From positions 29,930 to 93,929 of the forward strand of contig MIAK01000058.1 in NCBI GenBank assembly GCA_001829085.1: DNA of 64,000 nucleotides. Direction: 5' to 3'. Of the stretch, positions 18,384-28,033 are shown in pieces. Below the pieces are notes generated by a model. That model worked only from the letters and a program-made list of their open reading frames with translations, had not been told where the DNA came from and did no database searches. Source of the stretch: Sphingomonadales bacterium RIFCSPLOWO2_12_FULL_63_15 (GTDB lineage: Bacteria; Pseudomonadota; Alphaproteobacteria; Sphingomonadales; Sphingomonadaceae). Position numbers and translations under genes: made by a program. Each line of letters opens with the position of its first letter. Position 1 is the stretch's first letter.

Positions 18384-19268
18384 TTGTCCGACGCCCGCAT
18401 ATCCATCGCCTCGCCCGCTTTGTCCGCCGCCATCAGCCCGCTGGGGGCCGAACTCCACTCGCTTCGGGACGCCGATGGCCGCGGCCTGATGACCGATGCC
18501 GACCCGCGCTGGTGGACCGGCCATGCGCCGCTGCTCTTCCCCTTCGTCGGCCGGTCGCGCGGCGACGTCTATCGGCTGGATGGGCAGGCCTATCCCATGC
18601 CGCAACATGGCTTCGCCCGCCGCAGCGCCTTCGCGGTCGTGGACCAGAGCGACGATAGCGCGCTCTTCCGGCTGGAGGCGGACGATGCCAGCCGCGCCAT
18701 CTATCCCTTCGATTTCCGCCTCGACATGGCGTTCGCGCTGACCGACGCGACGCTGCACATGACCGCCACCGTCTCCAACCGGGGCGACACGGTCATGCCC
18801 TTTTCCTTTGGCTATCACCCCGCCTTCGCCTGGCCGCTCCCCTATGGCGGCGGCGTCGAAGAGCATCGTATCGTCTTTGAATGCCCCGAACCCGCCCCGA
18901 TCCGCAAAGTCGGCGACGAACCCGGCCTCATCGCCCGCGAGCACGCGCCTTCCCCGGTCGAGGGCGACAGCCTCGCCCCCACTCATGACATGTTCGCGGG
19001 CGACGCGCTGATCTGGGATGACCTCGCCAGCCGATCACTCCTCTGGGGCGTCCCCGGCCAGCCCCGCCTGCGGATCGACTTCCCCGACACACCCTGGCTT
19101 GGCCTGTGGCAAAAGCCCGGCGCGCATTATCTGTGCGTCGAACCCTGGGCCGGCATGGCGGACCTGGTCGGCTTTACCGGCGACGTCTGGGCCAAGCAGG
19201 GCATCATGGCGCTCCCCCCCGGCAACGCCCGCAGCTTCCGCATGGACGTCAGCCTTGTGGACGTGTAA
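18384..19268 (+). CDS. Aldose 1-epimerase family protein
   Basis: APLLFPFVG, PQHGFAR, GYHPAF and LCVEPW motifs; TTG start after CAGGAG. Confidence 0.88.
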   Translation: MSDARISIASPALSAAISPLGAELHSLRDADGRGLMTDADPRWWTGHAPLLFPFVGRSRGDVYRLDGQAYPMPQHGFARRSAFAVVDQSDDSALFRLEADDASRAIYPFDFRLDMAFALTDATLHMTATVSNRGDTVMPFSFGYHPAFAWPLPYGGGVEEHRIVFECPEPAPIRKVGDEPGLIAREHAPSPVEGDSLAPTHDMFAGDALIWDDLASRSLLWGVPGQPRLRIDFPDTPWLGLWQKPGAHYLCVEPWAGMADLVGFTGDVWAKQGIMALPPGNARSFRMDVSLVDV

Positions 19269-19284
19269 CGGCGCAACTCAGTTT

Positions 19285-19381
19285 CCGTTCGGGCTGAGCG
19301 AAGTCGAAGCCTTCCACTGAACGCAGTGAAGTGCCTCGCCTCCGCTCGGCATGGCCCTTCGACTTCGCTCAGGGTGAACGG
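19285..19381. repeat. 97-bp four-hairpin palindromic element, copy 2
   Basis: CCGTTCG GGCTGAGCGAAGTCGAAGCC ... CCCTTCGACTTCGCTCAGGG TGAACGG. Confidence 0.92.
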
Positions 19382-19411
19382 GTTTAGTTACTCCCGACCC
19401 AGAAAATCATC

Positions 19412-20989
19412 ATGACCATCCCATCCCGCCGCACCTTCGCGATCATTTCCCACCCTGACGCCGGCAAGACCACGCTGACGGAAAAGCTGCTGCTCGAAGG
19501 CGGCGCGATCCATCTGGCGGGTGAGGTCAAGGCGCGCGGGGCGAACCGACGCGCCCGGTCGGACTGGATGAAGATCGAGCAGCAGCGCGGCATTTCCGTC
19601 ACCTCCTCGGTCATGACGTTCGAGCGGACACGCGATGGCGAGACGATCACCTTCAACCTGCTCGACACGCCAGGGCATGAGGATTTCTCCGAAGACACCT
19701 ATCGCACCCTGACCGCCGTCGACAGCGCCGTCATGGTGATCGACGCGGCCAAGGGCATCGAGCCGCAGACGCGCAAATTGTTCGAGGTCTGCCGCCTGCG
19801 CAACCTGCCCATCATCACCTTCATCAACAAGGTCGATCGCGAAGGCCGCGAAACCTTCGGCCTGCTCGACGAGGTCGCCGACCAGCTGCAGCTCGACGTC
19901 TGCCCGATGAGCTGGCCGGTCGGCATGGGCGGCGAATTTGAAGGCATTTACGACTTCGCCACCAACCGCCTGATGCAACCGACCGGCCCGTCCAAGGAAT
20001 TTGACGGCACCCGCCATCAGTTTACCGGCCTCGATGATCCCAAACTCGGCGAATTCCTCTCCCCCCGCGCGCTCGAACGGCTGCGCGAAGAAGCGGAACT
20101 GTCGCAAGGCGGCTATGCGAGCTTCGACTTGGATCGCTATCGGCAGGGCGACCTCACCCCGGTCTATTTCGGATCGGCGCTCAAATTGTTCGGCGTCACC
20201 GAACTGATCGACGCGCTCGCCGCCCATGCGCCGCCGCCGCGCGCGCAACCGGCCGAACCCGCCGCCGTCGAACCCGACGGCAGCGAAGTCACCGGCTTCA
20301 TCTTCAAGGTGCAGGCCAATATGGACCCGCAGCATCGCGACCGCATCGCCTTCATGCGCCTCGTCTCAGGCAAGTTCAAACGCGGCATGAAGCTGACGCC
20401 GTCAGGGTCGGGCAAGCCGCTCGCCGTCCATTCACCGATCCTCTTCTTCGCGCAGGATCGCGAACTGGCGGACGAGGCCTTCCCCGGCGACATCATCGGC
20501 ATTCCCAATCATGGCGCGCTGCGCGTCGGCGATACGCTGTCCGAAAAGCCCGGCCTGCGCTTCACCGGCCTGCCCAATTTCGCGCCCGAAATCCTGCGCC
20601 GCGTCCAGTTGAAAGACCCGACCAAGACCAAGCAATTGCGCAAGGCGCTGGACGATCTGTCCGAAGAGGGCGTGATCCAGGTCTTCTATCCCGAAATCGG
20701 CAGCCAGTGGATCGTCGGCGTCGTCGGCCAGTTGCAGCTCGAAGTGCTGATCTCGCGGCTCGACGCGGAATATAAGGTCGCCGCCGTGCTGGAAGCCTCG
20801 CCCTTCGACACCGCCCGCTGGATCGGCGGCGACGAGGCGGCGATCAAGGAGATGGTGTCCTACAACAATGCCAATATGGCCAAGGACCGCGACGACAATC
20901 TCGTCTTCATGGCCAAAAGCGCCTGGGACATCGGCTATCAGCAGGAACGCCACCCCAAAGTCACCTTCAGCGCCACGCGCGAACGGTAA
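19412..20989 (+). CDS. prfC: Peptide chain release factor 3
   Basis: RRTFAIISHPDAGKTTLTEK, DTPGHEDF and NKVD motifs. Confidence 0.97.
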   Translation: MTIPSRRTFAIISHPDAGKTTLTEKLLLEGGAIHLAGEVKARGANRRARSDWMKIEQQRGISVTSSVMTFERTRDGETITFNLLDTPGHEDFSEDTYRTLTAVDSAVMVIDAAKGIEPQTRKLFEVCRLRNLPIITFINKVDREGRETFGLLDEVADQLQLDVCPMSWPVGMGGEFEGIYDFATNRLMQPTGPSKEFDGTRHQFTGLDDPKLGEFLSPRALERLREEAELSQGGYASFDLDRYRQGDLTPVYFGSALKLFGVTELIDALAAHAPPPRAQPAEPAAVEPDGSEVTGFIFKVQANMDPQHRDRIAFMRLVSGKFKRGMKLTPSGSGKPLAVHSPILFFAQDRELADEAFPGDIIGIPNHGALRVGDTLSEKPGLRFTGLPNFAPEILRRVQLKDPTKTKQLRKALDDLSEEGVIQVFYPEIGSQWIVGVVGQLQLEVLISRLDAEYKVAAVLEASPFDTARWIGGDEAAIKEMVSYNNANMAKDRDDNLVFMAKSAWDIGYQQERHPKVTFSATRER

Positions 20990-21017
20990 GGCACCCTCGA
21001 CCCGTTCGTCCTGCTAT

Positions 21018-21046
21018 TGTTCCCCGGCGCCTTCGCCGGGGAACGC
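21018..21046 (-). repeat. GCGTTCCCCGGC-type hairpin (REP/terminator) between convergent prfC and the psp operon
   Basis: TGTTCCCCGGCG-CCTT-CGCCGGGGAACGC. Confidence 0.65.
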
Positions 21047-21097
21047 TAAGCCCATATTCTACTTGACGTTTTTCGACCTAAGCCCGCCCAGCGCGCC

Positions 21098-21331
21098 TCA
21101 CAAATCAACCCCCGCCGCGATCGCCTCCAGCTTGCGGATGCGTTCCTTGAGGTCGGCGACCTCGATGCGCGCGACCGCCGATGGCGGCGCGGCGTCGTCG
21201 GCATGGCGGGTCAGTTCGGCGCGCTTGAGCGCCAGCCAGCCGTCCCAGCCGCGCAAGGCCGCCACCGCGATGATCGCCACGCCCGCCAGGGTGGTCAGGG
21301 CCATGGCCAGATAAAGATAGGGGTCCTGCAT
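21098..21331 (-). CDS. Small membrane protein, PspB-like (TM + LKERIRKLE coiled coil)
   Basis: 77 aa; GGAGG RBS; last gene of the psp run. Confidence 0.75.
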   Translation of the reverse strand: MQDPYLYLAMALTTLAGVAIIAVAALRGWDGWLALKRAELTRHADDAAPPSAVARIEVADLKERIRKLEAIAAGVDL

Positions 21332-21360
21332 ATGTGCCTCCCTGTCGATGCGAACCGCGC

Positions 21361-21612
21361 TCAGTCGCGGTCCCGCAGCTTTTCAAATTCCCGCTCCAGC
21401 GCGGTGGAGCCATCGGTCGCCAACCGTTCCAGCACCGCGACCCGCTCTTTCAGCCCCTTCACCTCGACGCGCAGCCGCTCGGTATCGGGGTCGGGGCCGC
21501 GTGCGACCAGCGTTTCGCCCTTGTCGTGCCGGACCACGCCGTAACGCGCGCGGATGATGCTGGCGATGGCGGTGATCGCGACGATGGCGACAACCATTTC
21601 AAACGGTCCCAT
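21361..21612 (-). CDS. Small membrane protein, PspB/PspC-tail-like
   Basis: 83 aa; N-terminal TM, then LKERVAVLERLATD...LEREFEKLR. Confidence 0.8.
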   Translation of the reverse strand: MGPFEMVVAIVAITAIASIIRARYGVVRHDKGETLVARGPDPDTERLRVEVKGLKERVAVLERLATDGSTALEREFEKLRDRD

Positions 21613-21641
21613 TCCCTTAACTCCCTGTTCTTCTTCCGGGA

Positions 21642-21956
21642 TCAGTTGGCGACGCCGCGCAGCTGTTCGATCTCGCGGGTCAGCTGGTGGCTCTCGTCGG
21701 TGACGATCCGCTCGACCACGATGAGCCGGTCCTTCATCGACCCGATCTCGGCGCGCAGCTGGGCATTTTCCTGGCTCAGCAATTTGATGCGCTCGACCAT
21801 TTCCTCATTTTTCTGCGGATAGATCGGCTTGCCCCAGCTATTTTCCAGCGGGTAGCCATTTTTCACCCGCAACCAGGTCGTGAATATCCAGCCGCCAATG
21901 GCGAGCGCGCCCAGGATCATTCCGACTTGCGCAAAATCTTCAAATGGAAACATCAT
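21642..21956 (-). CDS. Small membrane protein, PspB/PspC-tail-like
   Basis: 104 aa; TTWLRVKNGYP...MKDRLIVVERIVTD...LTREIEQLR. Confidence 0.8.
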   Translation of the reverse strand: MMFPFEDFAQVGMILGALAIGGWIFTTWLRVKNGYPLENSWGKPIYPQKNEEMVERIKLLSQENAQLRAEIGSMKDRLIVVERIVTDESHQLTREIEQLRGVAN

Positions 21957-21980
21957 CTCTACTCCCTTGCCAACCGCGCC

Positions 21981-22271
21981 TCAGCGCAGCGCCTCGATGT
22001 CGCGCGCGGTGCGGGTGGCGGGATCGGTGGCGATCCGCTCCAGCACGGCGATGCGTTCTTCCAGGCGGCCGATCTTGCCCACCAGCTTTTCGTTTTCGCG
22101 CGACAGCAGGTCGATTTTTCGACCAGCGGCGGCGTCCGTTCGATCAACGGTGCCGGTCCATTCATTTTCCACCGGATAGCCGTGGCGGGCACGGACCCAG
22201 GTGGTGAACATCCAGCCCAGCGTCGATATCGCGATGATGGCCAGAACAAAGAAAGGTCCACCGACATTCAT
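21981..22271 (-). CDS. Small membrane protein, PspB/PspC-tail-like
   Basis: 96 aa; TTWVRARHGYP...LEERIAVLERIATD...TARDIEALR. Confidence 0.8.
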   Translation of the reverse strand: MNVGGPFFVLAIIAISTLGWMFTTWVRARHGYPVENEWTGTVDRTDAAAGRKIDLLSRENEKLVGKIGRLEERIAVLERIATDPATRTARDIEALR

Positions 22272-22301
22272 GATTAGTCTCCCTGTTTTGCCCCAGGCTG
22301 C

Positions 22302-22682
22302 TTAGCGCAGACGATCGATTTCATCGGCCAGGCGCGTGTTGCGGCTGGTATAGTAGATTTCGATGTCGGCGAGGCGGCGATCGATATCGCGGAACTTGGA
22401 CCGCACGTCGCGGGTGGAGCGGGTCGGATTGGTCCGCACACCCTGCCAGAATTTTTCGTCGTCGCGATCGGCGTAAAGCCCCGATGGCTTGTTGTCGGCG
22501 AAATAGGCGGCGGCGAAATAGGCGATCAGCGTCCAGGGGAAAGCCCCCATCAGCGTGATGAGCACCGCGCCGACGCGGACCCATACGACATCGATCCCGC
22601 TATAGTCGGCAATGCCGGAACAGACGCCCATCCATTTGCCGTCGGCCTTGTTGAGGTAGAATTTGGTGCGGCGGGCGGTCAT
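22302..22682 (-). CDS. pspC: Phage shock protein C
   Basis: PspC domain GKWMGVCSGIADY..IDVVWVR; C-terminal RLADEIDRLR. Confidence 0.92.
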   Translation of the reverse strand: MTARRTKFYLNKADGKWMGVCSGIADYSGIDVVWVRVGAVLITLMGAFPWTLIAYFAAAYFADNKPSGLYADRDDEKFWQGVRTNPTRSTRDVRSKFRDIDRRLADIEIYYTSRNTRLADEIDRLR

Positions 22683-22683
22683 G

Positions 22684-22950
22684 TCAGTTTCTCCGGTCGA
22701 AGGTGAATTCGCCCGGCTCCTGCGGGCGATGCGGGCGGAAATCGGGATTGTCGGCAGCAACGATCCGTTCGACCGTCTGGAGCCGCTCTTCCATCCGACG
22801 GGCAAGAAGGTGGAGTTCATCCAGCAGCTTCTCATCCTCATCGGTGATCTTGGGGGCCTGCTTCCACTTGGTGACATAGTGGAAGATCAGCCACGGCATG
22901 CCGATGAACAGCATGCCGCAGACGATGATGGGCAGAAAAATCTCCTCCAT
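22684..22950 (-). CDS. pspB: Phage shock protein B
   Basis: PWLIFHY.TKW...RMEERLQTVERI. Confidence 0.92.
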   Translation of the reverse strand: MEEIFLPIIVCGMLFIGMPWLIFHYVTKWKQAPKITDEDEKLLDELHLLARRMEERLQTVERIVAADNPDFRPHRPQEPGEFTFDRRN

Positions 22951-22954
22951 CGGA

Positions 22955-23623
22955 TCAGCCTTCCCTATTCATGCTGGCCTTGAGCGCGGCGAGATCGGCA
23001 TCCACCTTGTCGGCGGACTTCAACTCGGCAATCTCTTCTTCCAGCGTCTTGGGGGTGCTGCCCAGGTCCATCGCGTCGGCGCGGCCTTCGGCCATATCGA
23101 CCCGGCGTTCCAGCATGTCGAAGCGCGCAAACGCCTCGTTGACCTTCTCGCCGGCATAGGCTTCGCGCACCCGCAGGCGGTTTTCCGCGCTCTGCATCCG
23201 GGTGACCAGGCTGTTCTGACGCACGCGCGCTTCGCGCAGCTTGGCCTGCAGCTTGGCGATATCCTCTTCGGCGGCGCGCAGCGCTTCGTCCAGCGTCTCG
23301 ATTTCATGGCTCAGATGCTCGGCCATGTCGGTCGCCTTCTGCCGTTCGACGAGCGCCGCCTTGGCCAGGTCTTCGCGATCCTTGGACAAAGCCAGCTGCG
23401 CCTTTTCGGTCCAGCTGTCCTGCAACGCGGTCAGCTTGGCGATGTGGCGGCGCATTTCCTTCTGGTCGGCGATGGTGCGGGCGGCGGACGCGCGCACTTC
23501 GACCAGGGTTTCCTCCATTTCGAGGATGATCATGCGGATCATCTTCGCCGGATCTTCCGCCTTGTCGAGCAGGTCGGTCACATTGGCGGCGATGATGTCG
23601 CGGGTGCGGGAAAAAATACCCAT
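22955..23623 (-). CDS. pspA: Phage shock protein A
   Basis: MGIFSRTRDIIAAN...LDKAEDPAKMIRMIILEMEETLV. Confidence 0.96.
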   Translation of the reverse strand: MGIFSRTRDIIAANVTDLLDKAEDPAKMIRMIILEMEETLVEVRASAARTIADQKEMRRHIAKLTALQDSWTEKAQLALSKDREDLAKAALVERQKATDMAEHLSHEIETLDEALRAAEEDIAKLQAKLREARVRQNSLVTRMQSAENRLRVREAYAGEKVNEAFARFDMLERRVDMAEGRADAMDLGSTPKTLEEEIAELKSADKVDADLAALKASMNREG

Positions 23624-23672
23624 CTTAACGTCACTCCTGGTCTTGGTAGCTTTTGAAACGACCGGGCTTGTC

Positions 23673-23849
23673 TTACGCCAGATAGCGCAGGGTCGCCGGA
23701 TTGTGGGTTTCGCTCGCGAGTATCGGGGTTTCGCTGGCGCGGGCCGGGCCGACGGCTGCCAGGATCAGGGTCGATCCTACCAGCAGGGCGGCGATGGCGA
23801 CCGACATCAGTTGGCCGATTTCGCGAACGCTGTTGCTGTTGTCTTCCAT
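23673..23849 (-). CDS. Small hypothetical single-TM/secreted protein, first gene of the psp transcript
   Basis: 58 aa from ATG 23849 with a GGGAG RBS; hydrophobic stretch ending in AVGPARA. Confidence 0.6.
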   Translation of the reverse strand: MEDNSNSVREIGQLMSVAIAALLVGSTLILAAVGPARASETPILASETHNPATLRYLA

Positions 23850-23915
23850 TATACGCACTCCCTGAACCTTGGCCTTCATAGATTTCCGCGATTATCTGCG
23901 GATTGCCCATAGCTT

Positions 23916-23932
23916 TGCAGGGGCCGTGCCAA
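23916..23932 (-). promoter_or_regulatory. Sigma54 (-24/-12) promoter of the psp operon
   Basis: Minus strand TTGGCACGGCCCCTGCA (GG-N10-GC), divergent from pspF. Confidence 0.85.
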
Positions 23933-24008
23933 ATTGCCGAAAGGCACGGATTTTCGCCAATTTTGACAGTTCATTTCGGTCGAGTGCGGAATTTCGCTTG
24001 CGACAAGG

Positions 24009-24023
24009 TGGGAAATTTCACCA
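24009..24023. promoter_or_regulatory. Candidate PspF upstream activating sequence
   Basis: Imperfect palindrome TGGGAAATTTCACCA about 80-90 bp upstream of the sigma54 site and just before pspF. Confidence 0.4.
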
Positions 24024-24034
24024 TAAGTTGGTGT

Positions 24035-25057
24035 ATGGAGAAAACGACCCATTTCGTCGGCCAGTCCTTGGCCTTTCTCGACGCCGTCGAACTGGCGGGC
24101 CGCGCGGCCGAACTCAACCGCCCGGTGCTGGTGATCGGTGAGCGCGGGACCGGCAAGGAACTGATTGCCGAGCGGCTGCATCACTTGTCGCCGCGCTGGG
24201 GCGAACCCCTGATCGTCATGAACTGCGCCGCGCTGCCCGAAACCCTGATCGAAGCCGAATTGTTCGGCCATGAACAGGGCGCCTTCACCGGTGCCAACCG
24301 CGCGCGACCCGGCCGGTTCGAGGAAGCCGATGGCGGCACGCTCTTTCTTGATGAACTCGGCACCCTGTCGATGGCGGCGCAGGAACGGCTGCTGCGCGTG
24401 GTCGAATATGGCGAAGTCACCCGCATCGGCGCGTCAAAGCCGCTGCGCGTCGATGTCCGCATTGTCGCTGCGACCAATGACGATCTGCCCGCCGCCGCCG
24501 ATGCCGGGCGCTTTCGCCCCGATCTGCTCGACCGGCTGAGCTTCGAGGTCATCACCTTGCCGCCCCTGCGCGCGCGCGAGGGCGATGTGCCGGTGCTGGT
24601 CGATCATTTCGGGCGGCGCATGGCCGCCGAACTCGCCTGGCCGCAATGGCCCGGCTTCGATGCCGCGACGCTCGCCGAACTGGAGGCCTATGCCTGGCCC
24701 GGCAATGTCCGCGAATTGCGCAACGTGATCGAACGCGCCGTCTATCGCTGGGACGCGCCGACCCGCCCGATCAGCCGCATCACCTTCGACCCCTTCGCCT
24801 CCCCCTGGAAGCCCAAGCCGCTCATGCCGCGCACCGCCGACCCCTGCGACCCGCCGGTGCCGACCGCCCAAGCCGCCGCCGCGTCGGTCGACGACATTTG
24901 CGACCTGCGCGCCGCCGTCGATGCCTATGAATCCGCGATCATCACCGCCGCCCTCGACCGCTACCGCTTCAACCAACGCGCCACCGCCAAGGGCCTCGGC
25001 CTCACCTACGACCAACTGCGCCACTGCATGAAGAAACATAGCCTGAGCGCAGGCTAA
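24035..25057 (+). CDS. pspF: Phage shock protein operon transcriptional activator (sigma54 EBP)
   Basis: GERGTGKE, ELFGHEQGAFTGA, WPGNVREL and C-terminal HTH (LGLTYDQLR). Confidence 0.95.
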   Translation: MEKTTHFVGQSLAFLDAVELAGRAAELNRPVLVIGERGTGKELIAERLHHLSPRWGEPLIVMNCAALPETLIEAELFGHEQGAFTGANRARPGRFEEADGGTLFLDELGTLSMAAQERLLRVVEYGEVTRIGASKPLRVDVRIVAATNDDLPAAADAGRFRPDLLDRLSFEVITLPPLRAREGDVPVLVDHFGRRMAAELAWPQWPGFDAATLAELEAYAWPGNVRELRNVIERAVYRWDAPTRPISRITFDPFASPWKPKPLMPRTADPCDPPVPTAQAAAASVDDICDLRAAVDAYESAIITAALDRYRFNQRATAKGLGLTYDQLRHCMKKHSLSAG

Positions 25058-25076
25058 CTCCGCCCACCCCTCATCC

Positions 25077-25171
25077 CGTCATCCTGACGAAAGTCAGGAT
25101 CCATGAGCCGTTACGTCGCCCTGACGCGCAAAGCGCTGCGCCCATGGATCCCAGCTTTCGCTGGGATGACG
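25077..25171. repeat. 95-bp REPIN-like doublet of inverted CGTC REPs
   Basis: Left CGTCATCCTGAC-GAAA-GTCAGGATCCATG; right (reverse complement) CGTCATCCCAGC-GAAA-GCTGGGATCCATG; between convergent pspF and hbd. Confidence 0.9.
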
Positions 25172-25192
25172 GTCGATAAATCAGGCCAACCC

Positions 25193-26071
25193 TCACCGCG
25201 TCGGCACAGGCTCCGCGCCCGAATAATCGTAGAAGCCCCGCCCCGTCTTGCGGCCATACCAGCCGGCCTCGACATATTTCACCAGCAGCGGCGCGGGGCG
25301 ATATTTGGGGTCGCCGGTGGTGCTCAGGAACACGTTCAATATCTCCAGCGCTGTGTCCAACCCGACGAAATCAAGCAGCGTCAGCGGCCCCATCGGATGA
25401 TTGAGCCCCAGCTTGCAGCCCATGTCGATGTCGACCACGCTGCCCACGCCCTCGCCCAGCACGAACACCGCTTCGTTCAGCATCGGCAGCAGGATGCGGT
25501 TGACGACGAAGCCCGGCGCGTCGAACGCCTGCACCACCGTCTTGCCGATCCGCCCCGCAAAGCCCTCGACCGCCGCCACCGTCTCCGGCGTCGTGGCCAG
25601 CCCGCGAATGACCTCCACCAGCACCATCACCGGCACCGGATTGAAGAAATGCACGCCCACAAATCGCCCCGCATCGGGCGCGGCCTGCGCCAGCCGGGTG
25701 ATCGGAATGGACGACGTATTGGTCGCCAGGATCGCATCATCCGCCAGCAGCGGCCCGACATTGGCGAAGATCGCGCGCTTCACCTCTTCGCGCTCGGTCG
25801 CCGCCTCGATCACCAGTTGCGCATCGGCCAGCGGCGCGATCTCGCCCACCGGCCGGATGCGCGCCAGCGCCGCATCGGCATCGGCCTTGCTGATCTTCTC
25901 CTTCTCCACCGCCCGCGCCAGCAGCTTGGCGATCCCCGCCAGCCCCTTTTCCGCGCGGGGCAGGTCGATGTCCGACAGGATCACGTCATAGCCCGCCTGC
26001 GCCGCCACCTGCGCGATCCCTGCGCCCATCTGCCCTGCGCCGATCACGCCTACCGTGCGAATATCCGTCAT
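25193..26071 (-). CDS. hbd: 3-hydroxybutyryl-CoA dehydrogenase
   Basis: GAGQMG Rossmann motif, TNTSSI, HFFNPVP and GFVVNR motifs. Confidence 0.9.
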   Translation of the reverse strand: MTDIRTVGVIGAGQMGAGIAQVAAQAGYDVILSDIDLPRAEKGLAGIAKLLARAVEKEKISKADADAALARIRPVGEIAPLADAQLVIEAATEREEVKRAIFANVGPLLADDAILATNTSSIPITRLAQAAPDAGRFVGVHFFNPVPVMVLVEVIRGLATTPETVAAVEGFAGRIGKTVVQAFDAPGFVVNRILLPMLNEAVFVLGEGVGSVVDIDMGCKLGLNHPMGPLTLLDFVGLDTALEILNVFLSTTGDPKYRPAPLLVKYVEAGWYGRKTGRGFYDYSGAEPVPTR

Positions 26072-26256
26072 GTTGCTCTCTCTCCCTGGCTCAACTCGTC
26101 CCCCTCATCCTAGCGCCCCGCCCCGCCGGGGGCCAGAGCGGCGCACTCCCCAAAAAGCGCAGGCGACAAAATGCGCCTGTTGCGCGGGGGAAGGACGTTT
26201 CGGCCTTTGCCTCGACCGCTGCCCATGGTTAAAAGCCCGCCATGATTGTTGCCGAA

Positions 26257-26708
26257 ATGATGCCCTCTCCCGCAACCGGACGCTTCATCGCGGCCGTGCA
26301 TCATTTCCCGTTGCGTATCTATTTCGAGGATACCGACCTGTCGGGCCTCGTCTATCACGCCAATTATCTGCGCTATATGGAGCGCGCCCGGTCCGACATG
26401 CTGCGCCTGGCGCAGATCGACCAGCGCGCCGCGCATGAAGCCGGCACCGGCGTCTATGCCGTCACCGACCTGCAGATCCGCTATCGCCGCCCCGCCCGGC
26501 TGGATGACGACCTGATGGTGGTCAGCCGCGTGGCTCAGGTGAGCGCAGCGACCTGCACCATTCATCAGTCAGTCATGCGCGGCGACGAACAGTTGACCGA
26601 CGCCAGCATTTGCGTTGCATGGCTGACGCCGCAGGGTCGCCCGCAACGGCAACCCAAAGCCTGGACCGATATTTTCAGCCGCCTTTGCCAAGGGGAAGAC
26701 CTCCACCC

Positions 26709-26712
<4 letters not shown>
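26257..26712 (+). CDS. ybgC: Tol-Pal-associated acyl-CoA thioesterase
   Basis: RIYFEDTDLSGLVYHANYL motif; directly upstream of tolQ. Exact start uncertain. Confidence 0.88.
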
Positions 26713-27416
<704 letters not shown>

Positions 27417-27433
27417 GCAGTCATGCACAACCT

Positions 27434-27530
27434 CCGTTCGCCCTGAGCGAAGTCGAAGGGCTCGACCGACCGAAGGGAGGTCACTTCGCTTCGCTCAGTG
27501 AACGGCTTCGACTTCGCTCAGCCCGAACGG
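27434..27530. repeat. 97-bp four-hairpin palindromic element, copy 3 (between tolQ and tolR)
   Basis: CCGTTCG CCCTGAGCGAAGTCGAAGGG ... GGCTTCGACTTCGCTCAGCC CGAACGG. Confidence 0.92.
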
Positions 27531-27555
27531 GTATGCATGTCGGAGCCCCCCGCTA

Positions 27556-28023
<468 letters not shown>

Positions 28024-28033
28024 GACAGGTTGG

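Noticed and set aside
21098-25057. psp locus as a prophage or dedicated anti-phage island
   Set aside because: psp genes encode an envelope-stress system; no phage structural, integrase or recognised defence genes are present.
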